This document shows positions 1-9,400 of a stretch of DNA of 64,000 nucleotides, one piece after another. The DNA lies in assembly GCA_964449285.1 (NCBI GenBank), contig CAYUZX010000004.1:1070-65069 (forward strand), in the 5' to 3' direction. Source of the DNA: an uncultured Prolixibacteraceae bacterium (GTDB lineage Bacteria > Bacteroidota > Bacteroidia > Bacteroidales > FEN-979). Each line of letters opens with the position of its first letter. Position 1 is the stretch's first letter. The notes beneath the pieces are model-generated. The model was given only the letters and a program-made list of their open reading frames with translations. It searched no databases and was not told the DNA's origin. The translations under genes and the position numbers were made by a program.

Positions 1-1
1 T

Positions 2-892
2 GAGGAACTGGAGAAGCTGAAAGACCCTGCGATTAAAATCGCTTATCTTGTGAACCCGAGTAACCCTCCTTCTGTGGCCCTGAGCCCCCGCGAGAGGAAA
101 AAGATCATCAACATCATCAAAATAGATAATCCCAACCTGATGTTCATCACGGATGATGTCTACGGAACTTTCGTGAAAGGGTTCCGCTCCCTGATGGCTG
201 AAATCCCGCACAACACACTGGGAGTTTATTCCTTTTCGAAGTATTTCGGATGCACCGGATGGCGTCTTGGGGTGATCGCCCTGCATGAAAAGAATATCTA
301 TGACAGGATGATCAAGGAACTTCCCGAGGCCAAAAAGAAGGCTCTGTTCAACCGATACCACTCCATCCATCTTCATCCCGACCAGCTGAAGTTTATCGAC
401 AGGATGGTGGCCGATAGCCGGATGGTGGCGCTTAACCACACAGCAGGCCTCTCCCTGCCCCAGCAGATCCAGATGATGCTCTTTGCCTCCTTTGCCCTTT
501 TCGATAAGAAAAATGCCTACAAACAGCTCACCTGCGACATCATTCACAACCGGTTAACGTTACTTTTTGAAGGAATGGGATTCAAACTGAACCCCAACCC
601 TAACCGGGCCGGGTATTATGCAGAACTGGATATCATGCTCTGGGCAAAGAAGAACCACGGCAAAGCGTTCGCCAATTACCTGAAGACGAACTTCGAACCA
701 GTGGATGTCGTTTTCCGTCTTGCCGAGCTCGAATCGGTTGTTCTGCTGAACGGCGGCGGCTTCGACGGCCCCGAGTGGTCAGTTCGCGTCTCTCTTGCCA
801 ACCTCGACGAGAAGTCCTATACCTCTATCGCCAGAGGAATTAAAGAGATCGTCACCGAATACGTCGACGCCTGGGGAAAAATAAAGAAATGA
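2..892 (+). CDS. PLP-dependent aminotransferase, aspartate 4-decarboxylase-like; 5' end cut by window edge
   Basis: Frame is open from nt 2 (ELEKLKDPAIKIAYLVNPSNP...), so the GTG at 50 in the ORF track is not the true start. PLP-lysine motif YSFSKYFGCTGWRLGV and DDVYGTF are typical of class I/II aminotransferases of the AsdA type. Confidence 0.8.
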   Translation, partial: EELEKLKDPAIKIAYLVNPSNPPSVALSPRERKKIINIIKIDNPNLMFITDDVYGTFVKGFRSLMAEIPHNTLGVYSFSKYFGCTGWRLGVIALHEKNIYDRMIKELPEAKKKALFNRYHSIHLHPDQLKFIDRMVADSRMVALNHTAGLSLPQQIQMMLFASFALFDKKNAYKQLTCDIIHNRLTLLFEGMGFKLNPNPNRAGYYAELDIMLWAKKNHGKAFANYLKTNFEPVDVVFRLAELESVVLLNGGGFDGPEWSVRVSLANLDEKSYTSIARGIKEIVTEYVDAWGKIKK

Positions 893-896
893 CACT

Positions 897-1919
897 ATGA
901 ACCGACAACCGTTGATTTTGATTTTCCTGTTGCTCCTGGCTGCCGGGTGTGCTGATCGTTCATCACAAACTGAGAATGATTTTATCCCGGTAACCGTGGT
1001 TGAGGTCACTAACCAGGAGGTGCCGGAAATTCTGGAATACAGCGGGAACATCATACCGCTTAAGGTGATCAAATTTGGTTTCATGGTAGCAGGCAAGATC
1101 AAGGAGGTGCCCGTTGTGGAAGGCCAGTATGTTCACGAAGGGGATCTCATCGCGGTGATGGAACCTACCGATTACGATTTTGCCCTTGATGCCGCCCGTG
1201 CCCAGTATGAGGATGCCAATAAAGAGTACGACCGACTGAAAACCATGTATGATAAAGGAAGTCTTACCCAAAGTGATTTCGACAAGGTCACGGCGTTGAA
1301 ACAGGAGGCAACAGCAAATTACGATTACAAACGGAAGCAGGTTCACGATACACGTCTTTATGCCCCTGCCTCAGGCTGGCTGGCTGTAGAGGGGATCGAG
1401 CCGGGCGAAATCATTCCCCAGGGATATCCCGTATTTGCTATCATTCAAACCCATAAGGTCTTCGCCGAAGCTTCCATTCCCGAAAACGAGATCAACCAGA
1501 TCAGGCTAGGGAAAGCGGTTCAGGTTCGCATTCCCGCTTTGAATGATACGATACTAAAGGGTACGGTTAGCCGGCTCGGTCAGGTTGCCGATGCCTACTC
1601 CCGGTCGTTTCCCGTGAAAGCCACTCTTGATAATACGAATTACCTGCTCAAAGCCGGCATGATCGCCTTTGTGGACGTTCCAACGGGAAAAACCCAACGG
1701 ATCTGTGCCATCCCGGCCAATGCTGTGGTCACTGATGCATCCGGTCATACGTTTCTCTATGTTGTAACAGATGACCATGTGTCCAAACATCCTGTTGCAA
1801 CCGGAACCACCCTGAAGAACCAGGTCGTGGTAACATCAGGTATAAAGGAAGGAGATGTGATCGTCACAGAAGGACTGACCCGGCTGTATGAGGGCGCCCG
1901 TGTTGCCATCCAAAAATAA
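897..1919 (+). CDS. RND efflux periplasmic adaptor subunit (HlyD/AcrA family), lipoprotein
   Basis: 340 aa; lipobox LLLLAAGC; adaptor-type coiled-coil/barrel-sandwich sequence; directly precedes the RND permease. Confidence 0.9.
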   Translation: MNRQPLILIFLLLLAAGCADRSSQTENDFIPVTVVEVTNQEVPEILEYSGNIIPLKVIKFGFMVAGKIKEVPVVEGQYVHEGDLIAVMEPTDYDFALDAARAQYEDANKEYDRLKTMYDKGSLTQSDFDKVTALKQEATANYDYKRKQVHDTRLYAPASGWLAVEGIEPGEIIPQGYPVFAIIQTHKVFAEASIPENEINQIRLGKAVQVRIPALNDTILKGTVSRLGQVADAYSRSFPVKATLDNTNYLLKAGMIAFVDVPTGKTQRICAIPANAVVTDASGHTFLYVVTDDHVSKHPVATGTTLKNQVVVTSGIKEGDVIVTEGLTRLYEGARVAIQK

Positions 1920-1936
1920 CCCGTAACGGATCATTC

Positions 1937-4900
1937 ATGAATATCATCCGCTCTTCACTGAAGTACAATCAGGTTTCTCTCGTCACCATCTTTCTCATTT
2001 TCGCCGTGGGGATCTATTCCCTGCTAACGATGTCCCGCCGGTCCGATCCTGAGATCACCATCAGACAAGCGATGGTCATTGCTGTTTATCCTGGCGCCAC
2101 GGCTCAACAGGTAGAAGAACAGGTAACCAAAGCCATTGAAGATAAACTCTTTACATACTCAGAGGTCAAGAAAGATGAGACCTATTCGACCACGTATGAA
2201 GGCTTGGTAACCATTGTGGTGACTCTTGAGGACTGGGTTGAGACTCCCGATCTTTTCTGGGAAAAGCTCAGCCAGGGTCTCTTTCAGCTCTCCAAGATGA
2301 CTCTTCCCCAGGGGGTGCTCGGGCCTCTGGTGGATTCAGATTTCGGAGATGTAGTGGCGTTATTGATTGCTGTAGAAACAGACCAATACTCCTACAACGA
2401 GCTGAAAAATTATATTGAAGTACTCGAGAGTAACCTGCAACAGATCAAATCAGTCTCCAAGATTGATCTTTTAGGCTACCAGGCAGAAGAGATCGAAGTT
2501 GCGTTCAACTCGGCGAAACTGGCCCAGTTTCAAATGGATAAAGCCAACCTGGTAGAAGTGCTGCAAACCCAGAATGTCATCAAGTACTCAGGATTTATTG
2601 AAACCGAGTATGCTAAAGTAAGCTTGTACACCACCGGTTTGTTTTCTCAGGTTGATCAGATCAGGGAATTGATTGTAGGGGTTTCGCCCGGAGGATCTGT
2701 TGTCAGAATAAAGGATGTAGCAGAGGTAATCCGCAAACAGTGTGATCCTACCCAGGTGATCCGGATCAACGGGCATGATCAGCGTGCCATGCTGATCTCC
2801 CTCGAGATGCAGGATGGATACAACATCGTGGAGTTCGGGAAGGAGGTTGACAAGGTCATGGCCGAAACCAAATTGATTCTTCCCTCCGGCCTGAAATTCA
2901 CCACCATTAATAACCAACCCGCGATTGTTCAAAGCGCCGTCAATGATTTCATGCGTGAGTTCCTCATTGCCGTGATAGCAGTGATTCTCACCATCATGCT
3001 GATGTTGCCGTTTAATATCGCCATCATTGCCGCCATTTCGATCCCTGTTTCTATCGGAATGACCTTTACCTTTCTCAACCTGTTCGGGTATGAACTTCAA
3101 CAAGTCTCTCTTGCTTCACTCATCGTTGTGCTCGGGATGGTGGTTGACAATGCGGTAGTAGTGATTGACTCCTACGTGGATAAGCTGGATAAGGGAATCT
3201 CCCGCTTCGACGCAGCGTGGCAAAGCGCTACAGAATTTTCTATTCCGTTGATCTCTTCCACGCTTGCAATCATCATGGCTTTCCTTCCCCTCGTCTTCCT
3301 GCTCACCGGAGCCACCGGCGAATTCCTCATCACACTGCCTATCACAGTGGCAATCTCCATGACCTGCTCCCTGATAGTTGCATTCTTCCTCACACCATTC
3401 CTTGCTTACCTCTTCATCAGAAAAGGATTAGCCAGCAAAGAGCCAGTTGCTAAAGAAGGGGAAATTTCCGGGAAAAAGAAAAAGTTCTCTTTGCTCGGAG
3501 GGATCCAGCATATTTTTAACGGCATGATCGAGTGGACCATGAAACGAAAGATCCTGACCATCGGATTGGGAGCCGCTACCCTGGTTATGGGAGTATTGAT
3601 CATGAGCCTTCCCAAACAACAATTTTTCCCGCCGGCCGAACGGAGCCAGTTTGTGATCCAACTCTTCGAACCACTGGGCACCAGATTTGACGTTACCGCT
3701 TCCCATGTCAAACTGATTGAGAAGATCCTTGCCAAAGATCAGGAGATTACAGGGTTTGCCTCTTTTACCGGCACCTCATCCCCCCGGGTCTATTACAGTT
3801 TTGCCCCGGTATTCCCGATGGAAAGTTATGCCATGTTGCTCGTCAACACGCCCAGTGTGAAAGAGACTGAAAAACTAGCTGCCAAATACGAACAATTGCT
3901 TTGCGATTTTATCCCCAATGCCCAGGTGGATGTGATGCAGTTTGCCCAGGGAGTTCCTGTGATATCTCCTGTAGAGGTCCGTCTCTGTGGCACCAACCTC
4001 ACGGGCCTGAAAACCCTGGGCGGGCAGGTGAAAGAGATCTTCCGGGAAGCAGATGGAAGTAAGCTGGTCAGGCAGGATTTTGAAGACGATTACTGCCTCA
4101 ATATTGTGGTCAATGAAGAGGTGGCAAACCAGATGGGATTTACCACTGAAGTGATTGCCGGTTTTATGGGTGCCGGTCTTCACGGTGCTCCTGTATCCAC
4201 GCTTTGGGAGGAAGATGACCCCCTTGCCATCAACTTCAGGCTGCAAAAAGGTCTGCGAAGCAACTTTGACGACATCCGTAATACCTATATTTTATCCCCG
4301 GTTACCGGAAAAAGCATTCCTTTAAGGCAAATTGCAAGCTTGAAGCCTACCTGGCAAACAGGCCAGATCACCCGCCGGAATGGAATTCCAACCCTCACCA
4401 CAGGATGTAAATCTGAGCCCGGCATGCTCGCCTCAGAGGTACTTGACCAGATCAAACCCCGGATAGATACACTGTCGCTGCCACCAGGATTTTCCATGGC
4501 ATACGGAGGGGATATCAAAAACCAGGATGAAACATTTGGCAACATGATAATCGCACTGATTGTTAGCGTGGTAAGTATCTTCCTTATTTTGCTTTTCGAG
4601 TTCAAAGATGCCGCCCGGCCACTCATCATCATGGTTTCTATTCCCCTGACACTCTTCGGGTCAATGCTTGGGCTGGTTGTTACCGGGAATGTCTTTAGTT
4701 TTACTGCTTTTGTTGGCTTGATTGCACTGGTTGGCATCGTTATCCGTAATGCCCTGATCATCGTCGATCATGCCGATCATCTTGTGGCCGAAGAGAAGAT
4801 TTCGTATGCGCAAGCGGCCTTGGAGTCGGCTAAACGCAGGTTACGGCCGATCTTCCTCACCACAATGGCCGCCGCCATCGGAGTAGTTCCGATGATTGTG

Positions 4901-5035
4901 ATGAAAGATCCTTTGTGGGCTCCGCTTGCCAGCGTGTTTGCTTTCGGAATCGTGGTTTCGATGGTACTAACCCTGTTGGTGATCCCGGCCTTGTACGGAT
5001 TGGTGATCAAAGAAAAGAAATTCATTGGCGATTAA
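1937..5035 (+). CDS. RND efflux permease (AcrB-type)
   Basis: 1032 aa; 12-TM layout with two large periplasmic loops; conserved TM4/TM10-like motifs LGMVVDNAVVVID and VGIVIRNALIIVD. Confidence 0.95.
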   Translation: MNIIRSSLKYNQVSLVTIFLIFAVGIYSLLTMSRRSDPEITIRQAMVIAVYPGATAQQVEEQVTKAIEDKLFTYSEVKKDETYSTTYEGLVTIVVTLEDWVETPDLFWEKLSQGLFQLSKMTLPQGVLGPLVDSDFGDVVALLIAVETDQYSYNELKNYIEVLESNLQQIKSVSKIDLLGYQAEEIEVAFNSAKLAQFQMDKANLVEVLQTQNVIKYSGFIETEYAKVSLYTTGLFSQVDQIRELIVGVSPGGSVVRIKDVAEVIRKQCDPTQVIRINGHDQRAMLISLEMQDGYNIVEFGKEVDKVMAETKLILPSGLKFTTINNQPAIVQSAVNDFMREFLIAVIAVILTIMLMLPFNIAIIAAISIPVSIGMTFTFLNLFGYELQQVSLASLIVVLGMVVDNAVVVIDSYVDKLDKGISRFDAAWQSATEFSIPLISSTLAIIMAFLPLVFLLTGATGEFLITLPITVAISMTCSLIVAFFLTPFLAYLFIRKGLASKEPVAKEGEISGKKKKFSLLGGIQHIFNGMIEWTMKRKILTIGLGAATLVMGVLIMSLPKQQFFPPAERSQFVIQLFEPLGTRFDVTASHVKLIEKILAKDQEITGFASFTGTSSPRVYYSFAPVFPMESYAMLLVNTPSVKETEKLAAKYEQLLCDFIPNAQVDVMQFAQGVPVISPVEVRLCGTNLTGLKTLGGQVKEIFREADGSKLVRQDFEDDYCLNIVVNEEVANQMGFTTEVIAGFMGAGLHGAPVSTLWEEDDPLAINFRLQKGLRSNFDDIRNTYILSPVTGKSIPLRQIASLKPTWQTGQITRRNGIPTLTTGCKSEPGMLASEVLDQIKPRIDTLSLPPGFSMAYGGDIKNQDETFGNMIIALIVSVVSIFLILLFEFKDAARPLIIMVSIPLTLFGSMLGLVVTGNVFSFTAFVGLIALVGIVIRNALIIVDHADHLVAEEKISYAQAALESAKRRLRPIFLTTMAAAIGVVPMIVMKDPLWAPLASVFAFGIVVSMVLTLLVIPALYGLVIKEKKFIGD

Positions 5036-5047
5036 ACCATTAAAAAG

Positions 5048-6415
5048 ATGTTTCGCAGCTATATTCTATTATCCCTTCTTCTCGTTACAGGAACTGCCAT
5101 CCATGCCCAGGACACCCTGTATATGAACCTCAGCCAGGCTATAGATTCGGCTCAGAACAACAACCGACTCATCCGGATCTTTCAATACCGTATCAAAAAC
5201 GCCCAGGGCAAGTTAACTGAAATGAAGAGCCACTACTATCCAAGAGTGATCCTCGACGGGTCGTTCGCCTATAACTCTGATCCGAACATCCGTCTGAAAA
5301 AGGGGGAGTTAAACAGGGCAGTCGAAGAGCTCATCAACATCGAATGGATCGATGAGCTCATCACCGACTATTTCCCCATTCCACCCAAGGATATGATCAT
5401 TCTCTATGGCCAGGATTTCTTTATAAAATCAAACCTCGGACTCTATCAACCTCTGAGTCAATTAACTACAATTAACACTGGCAGGAAGGTGGCGGAAACC
5501 GACCTGCTCATCAGCGAGATCGAGAAGGAGAATATCATCTCTCAGATCCGGCTGGGGATTACCGAACTCTTCTATGGGATCCTGATCGAATCCAAAAACG
5601 AAGCGTACGCCCTTTACGACGTTGACTATGCTAAATCTGAATACCGTGATGCCGTGAATGCCAGTGAAGCCGGAGAGGTTCTTCCCATTGATGTGCTTGG
5701 GCTGGAGGCGGAGATCCATGAAAAAGAGGGGGAACTCTTGCAGATCCGGAATAAAAAAGAGCAGTATCTGCTAACCTTCGGACAGATGGTGGGATTGGAT
5801 GATCCCCTGGTTCCTGTCCCGCGACTAGACTCTGTTTCCCTCTCCGTCCCTGCACCACTTCCCGATTACGAGAGGCTGGCTTCTAAAAACAACTTCGAAC
5901 TCGGGATTGCCGGCCTCACGATGCACAAAGCAGATCTTGGTATCACGGCAGCAAAGAAAGGATACATCCCTGAATTGACGGCATTTGCCCAATACAATTA
6001 CAATTATGGGATCCCTCTTTTCCCCGAATCCTACCTGTTGGCCGGACTGAATCTCACCTGGACACTTGTGGCTGCCGGAGAGCGTAAAGCGCTGGTTAAT
6101 CAGCGAAATGCATTGTTTATGGAGGCTTCTGAGGATTTTCAATACAAGACCCGCCAGATCCGGAATGAGGTACGTTCCAGCTATCTGAACATCATCTATG
6201 CACAGAAATTAATTGTCACCGCACAAAAAGCCTTAGTTGCCAGACAGGCGGAGTATCAGCTGGCAAAGGATGCTGTAGAAGAGGGAGAGGCGCTTCCAGG
6301 CGTATTCCTCCAGGCACGTGCCGACCTGGCTAAAGCCGAAGCAGATATGCTGGGAGCCCAGCTCAACTACCAGATCATTATCGCCAAAATGAAGCGGCTG
6401 ACAGGAGAGGAGTAA
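5048..6415 (+). CDS. TolC-family outer membrane efflux protein
   Basis: 455 aa; signal peptide; two-repeat coiled-coil/beta-barrel TolC pattern; third gene of the RND operon. Confidence 0.9.
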   Translation: MFRSYILLSLLLVTGTAIHAQDTLYMNLSQAIDSAQNNNRLIRIFQYRIKNAQGKLTEMKSHYYPRVILDGSFAYNSDPNIRLKKGELNRAVEELINIEWIDELITDYFPIPPKDMIILYGQDFFIKSNLGLYQPLSQLTTINTGRKVAETDLLISEIEKENIISQIRLGITELFYGILIESKNEAYALYDVDYAKSEYRDAVNASEAGEVLPIDVLGLEAEIHEKEGELLQIRNKKEQYLLTFGQMVGLDDPLVPVPRLDSVSLSVPAPLPDYERLASKNNFELGIAGLTMHKADLGITAAKKGYIPELTAFAQYNYNYGIPLFPESYLLAGLNLTWTLVAAGERKALVNQRNALFMEASEDFQYKTRQIRNEVRSSYLNIIYAQKLIVTAQKALVARQAEYQLAKDAVEEGEALPGVFLQARADLAKAEADMLGAQLNYQIIIAKMKRLTGEE

Positions 6416-6472
6416 GAAAAAAATATTTCATACCTTTAACTCCATGTTTACAATGTAATTTGGATCCCGTTA

Positions 6473-9400
6473 ATGGAAAAAGCCAAAAAATTCGGTGCGT
6501 TCGCAGGTGTCTTCACCCCGTCGTTACTGACGATCCTGGGGGTGATCATGTACATGCGGCTGGGCTGGGTTGTTGGACAGGCCGGATTGATCAGCGCCCT
6601 GGTAATCATCGTGCTGGCACATGTGATCTCCATCTCCACCGGCCTGAGTATCTCCTCTATTGCTACGGATAAAAAGATACAAGCTGGAGGGATCTATTAC
6701 ATTCTCTCCCGTAGCCTGGGCCTGCCAATCGGTGGAGCAATCGGGATTACCCTATTTATCGGTACAGCCCTCAGTATCTCTCTCTACCTCGTGGGTTTCG
6801 CTGAAAGCTTCCTCGCCATCGATGCAATACGAAATTTCACCGGCCTGGAGCAGAATGTCACGGGGTTTCGGATTGTGGGAACTGCTGCCATTATTTTTCT
6901 GGTTATCCTCGCCTTTATCAGCACCTCGGTTGCTATCAAGACCCAGTTCTACATCATGGGTGCGATTGGGTTGTCCCTGATCTCCATTGTCGTCGGTTTT
7001 TTTATCAATGATGGGTTTTCTGCAACTACAATAAGCCTCTCCTATCTCCGGGATGGGGTCTCCCCGGAGCTCGTCTTCGCTATTTTCTTCCCGGCTGTCA
7101 CCGGTTTCACTGCCGGCGTTGCCATGTCGGGCGATCTGAAAGACCCAAAAAAGACCATTCCACGAGGGACACTTGCAGCCATCGCCTGCGGGTTTATCAT
7201 CTACGTTGCGCTGGCGGTTAGCTTTGCTCTGTTTGTTGACCGGGATCTCCTGATCAACGACTACAACTTCCTGATGAAGATAGCCTGGTTTGCTCCCTTT
7301 GTGATTGCCGGCATCTGGGGAGCCACCCTCTCCTCTGCCCTGGGAGGCATCCTGGGAGGACCCAGGATTCTGCAGGCGACTTCCGCCGACCGGATCACCC
7401 CGAAGATCTTTGCCCGCGGGTACGGAGCCTCCAATGAACCCCGCAATGCGCTACTGCTTATTTTTCTGATCGCTGAAGCCGGTATCCTCATCGGAGAGCT
7501 GGATGTGATCGCCGGTATCGTGACGATGTTCTACCTTGCCTCCTATGGCTTCATCAACATTGCATTCTTCCTGGAGAACTGGGCCAGTACTGATTTCCGC
7601 CCCTCTTTCCGCGTGAACCGTTACTTCGGGCTGATCGGCTTCATTGCTGCTTTCGGTGTGATGTTCAAGCTGGATATGGTTTCGATGTTTGCTGCTTTCA
7701 TCATCATGGGGCTTCTCTATTCCTATCTTAAACGGCAACAGCGGAATACTGACTCAGGTGATGTATGGCAAAGTGTCTACTCTTCCCTGGTACGGAGCGC
7801 TCTGCACCGGATGCGGAAACGCCCCCTGGAGCAACGTAACTGGCAGCCCAATATCATCCTCTTCAGTGGTGGAACCGAGAAACGTCCGCACCTGATCGAG
7901 TTTGGCAAGTCATTGGTTGGAAGGCATGGCGTGCTCTCCAATTTCGACCTGAAAGAGAATAAAGATGCGCAGATTCTTGTCACCCGAACAGAAGGGGAGA
8001 CGACATCTGTAGAGGAGATGCCTGGCATATTTACCCAGCGGAAAACGGTGAGGGACCTCTACGACGGAATCGAATCCATTGCAGGCGTTTATGGATTTTC
8101 GGGATTTGAGCCCAACACTGTGATGATGGGTTGGGCCAGGGAGACGCAACAACCGGAACGGTTCGCCGACATGCTAACGACACTCTATGAACTCGATCTC
8201 AATGTACTACTTCTCGATTGGGACAAACGGACCGGCTTCGGGAAATACAGCACAATCGATATTTGGTGGAAGGATATCAGCAACCAGGGGAACCTGGCAC
8301 TTGCCCTGTGTAAGCTACTCCTGCTATCTGATCAGTGGAATGGAGCCACGATCCGGCTGATGATCGTCAACTCATTTGCTGAGCAACAGGACCATATAAT
8401 TACCGAAGCAGAAAGGCTGCTCGAAACTCTCCGGATCAACGCTTCCGTAAAGGTGATCGACAACCATATCAAACTTTTGCCCTTCTATGAGATCATGCAG
8501 GTCGAATCCCATACAACCGATCTGGTCATCGCCGGGATCCCCAAGATCGAAAAGGGAAAAGAGGCCGAATATGTTGAAACCACCAGCATTCTTCTGCGTC
8601 AGATAGGCACCGTTCTCCTGATTAAGGCTTCATCAGCATTTAAGAAACTTAGCCTTGAAATTGACAAACACCAGTACAAGTATATCCCCGATCAGGCTGT
8701 TCAACACACCCCATCTGAGAAGTCAAAAGAGACCTCTCAACAGCTTCTGCCAGAGGGGATTCCGGAAGAGCTGAAAAAACTCTATACATCATCTTTACAC
8801 CTGATCTCCCAATTCCACCAGGAGTTCGTTCAGCCAGCTTTCCGGTATAATGTCAATAAAGTCCTGGCTTTGGAAAAAAATATCCAGGATTCGGTACAGC
8901 TGATTGAATCAGAGTCTTTCAGAAGCTTGCCTGCTACAAAGCAAGCCAGACAGTTGGCCTATTTCAAAACGAATCAACTTGTTCTTACGGAGAAAATTAT
9001 CGATGAGCTCCAGAAAACCATCAGCACGGAACAACGCGAGGGCCTCGACAAGGGGATACAATTTCTGATCTCAGGCATCCAGGAATCGGTGGATAAATCC
9101 CCAGCCACCATTAAAATAAGACTCTTTCCCCGTCATCTTGAGATACAAAATAACGATTCGCTTCCCGCCAGAAACTTTAAACGGTTCATCCGCTTCGTAT
9201 ATACTAAAAAGAAAATCAGTGAAGGAATATCCTATACTGTCAGGTTTCAACGGCTGATCCGTAACGTTCTACCAGAAGGCTTCTATCAAAAGCTCGATGC
9301 TTCCCTGATTAATCTCGGACAGCTTAATTTAGATACCATCATCGAAATCCGAAAACTACTGTCGGCTAACCAACTATTTTTTGATCTGTTAGCGTTCCAG

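Noticed and set aside
6448-6980. Short ORFs 6448-6639 (-), 6460-6672 (+) and 6660-6980 (+)
   Set aside because: They overlap the 5' region of the transporter gene in other frames, and the transporter frame carries the clear SLC12 signature.
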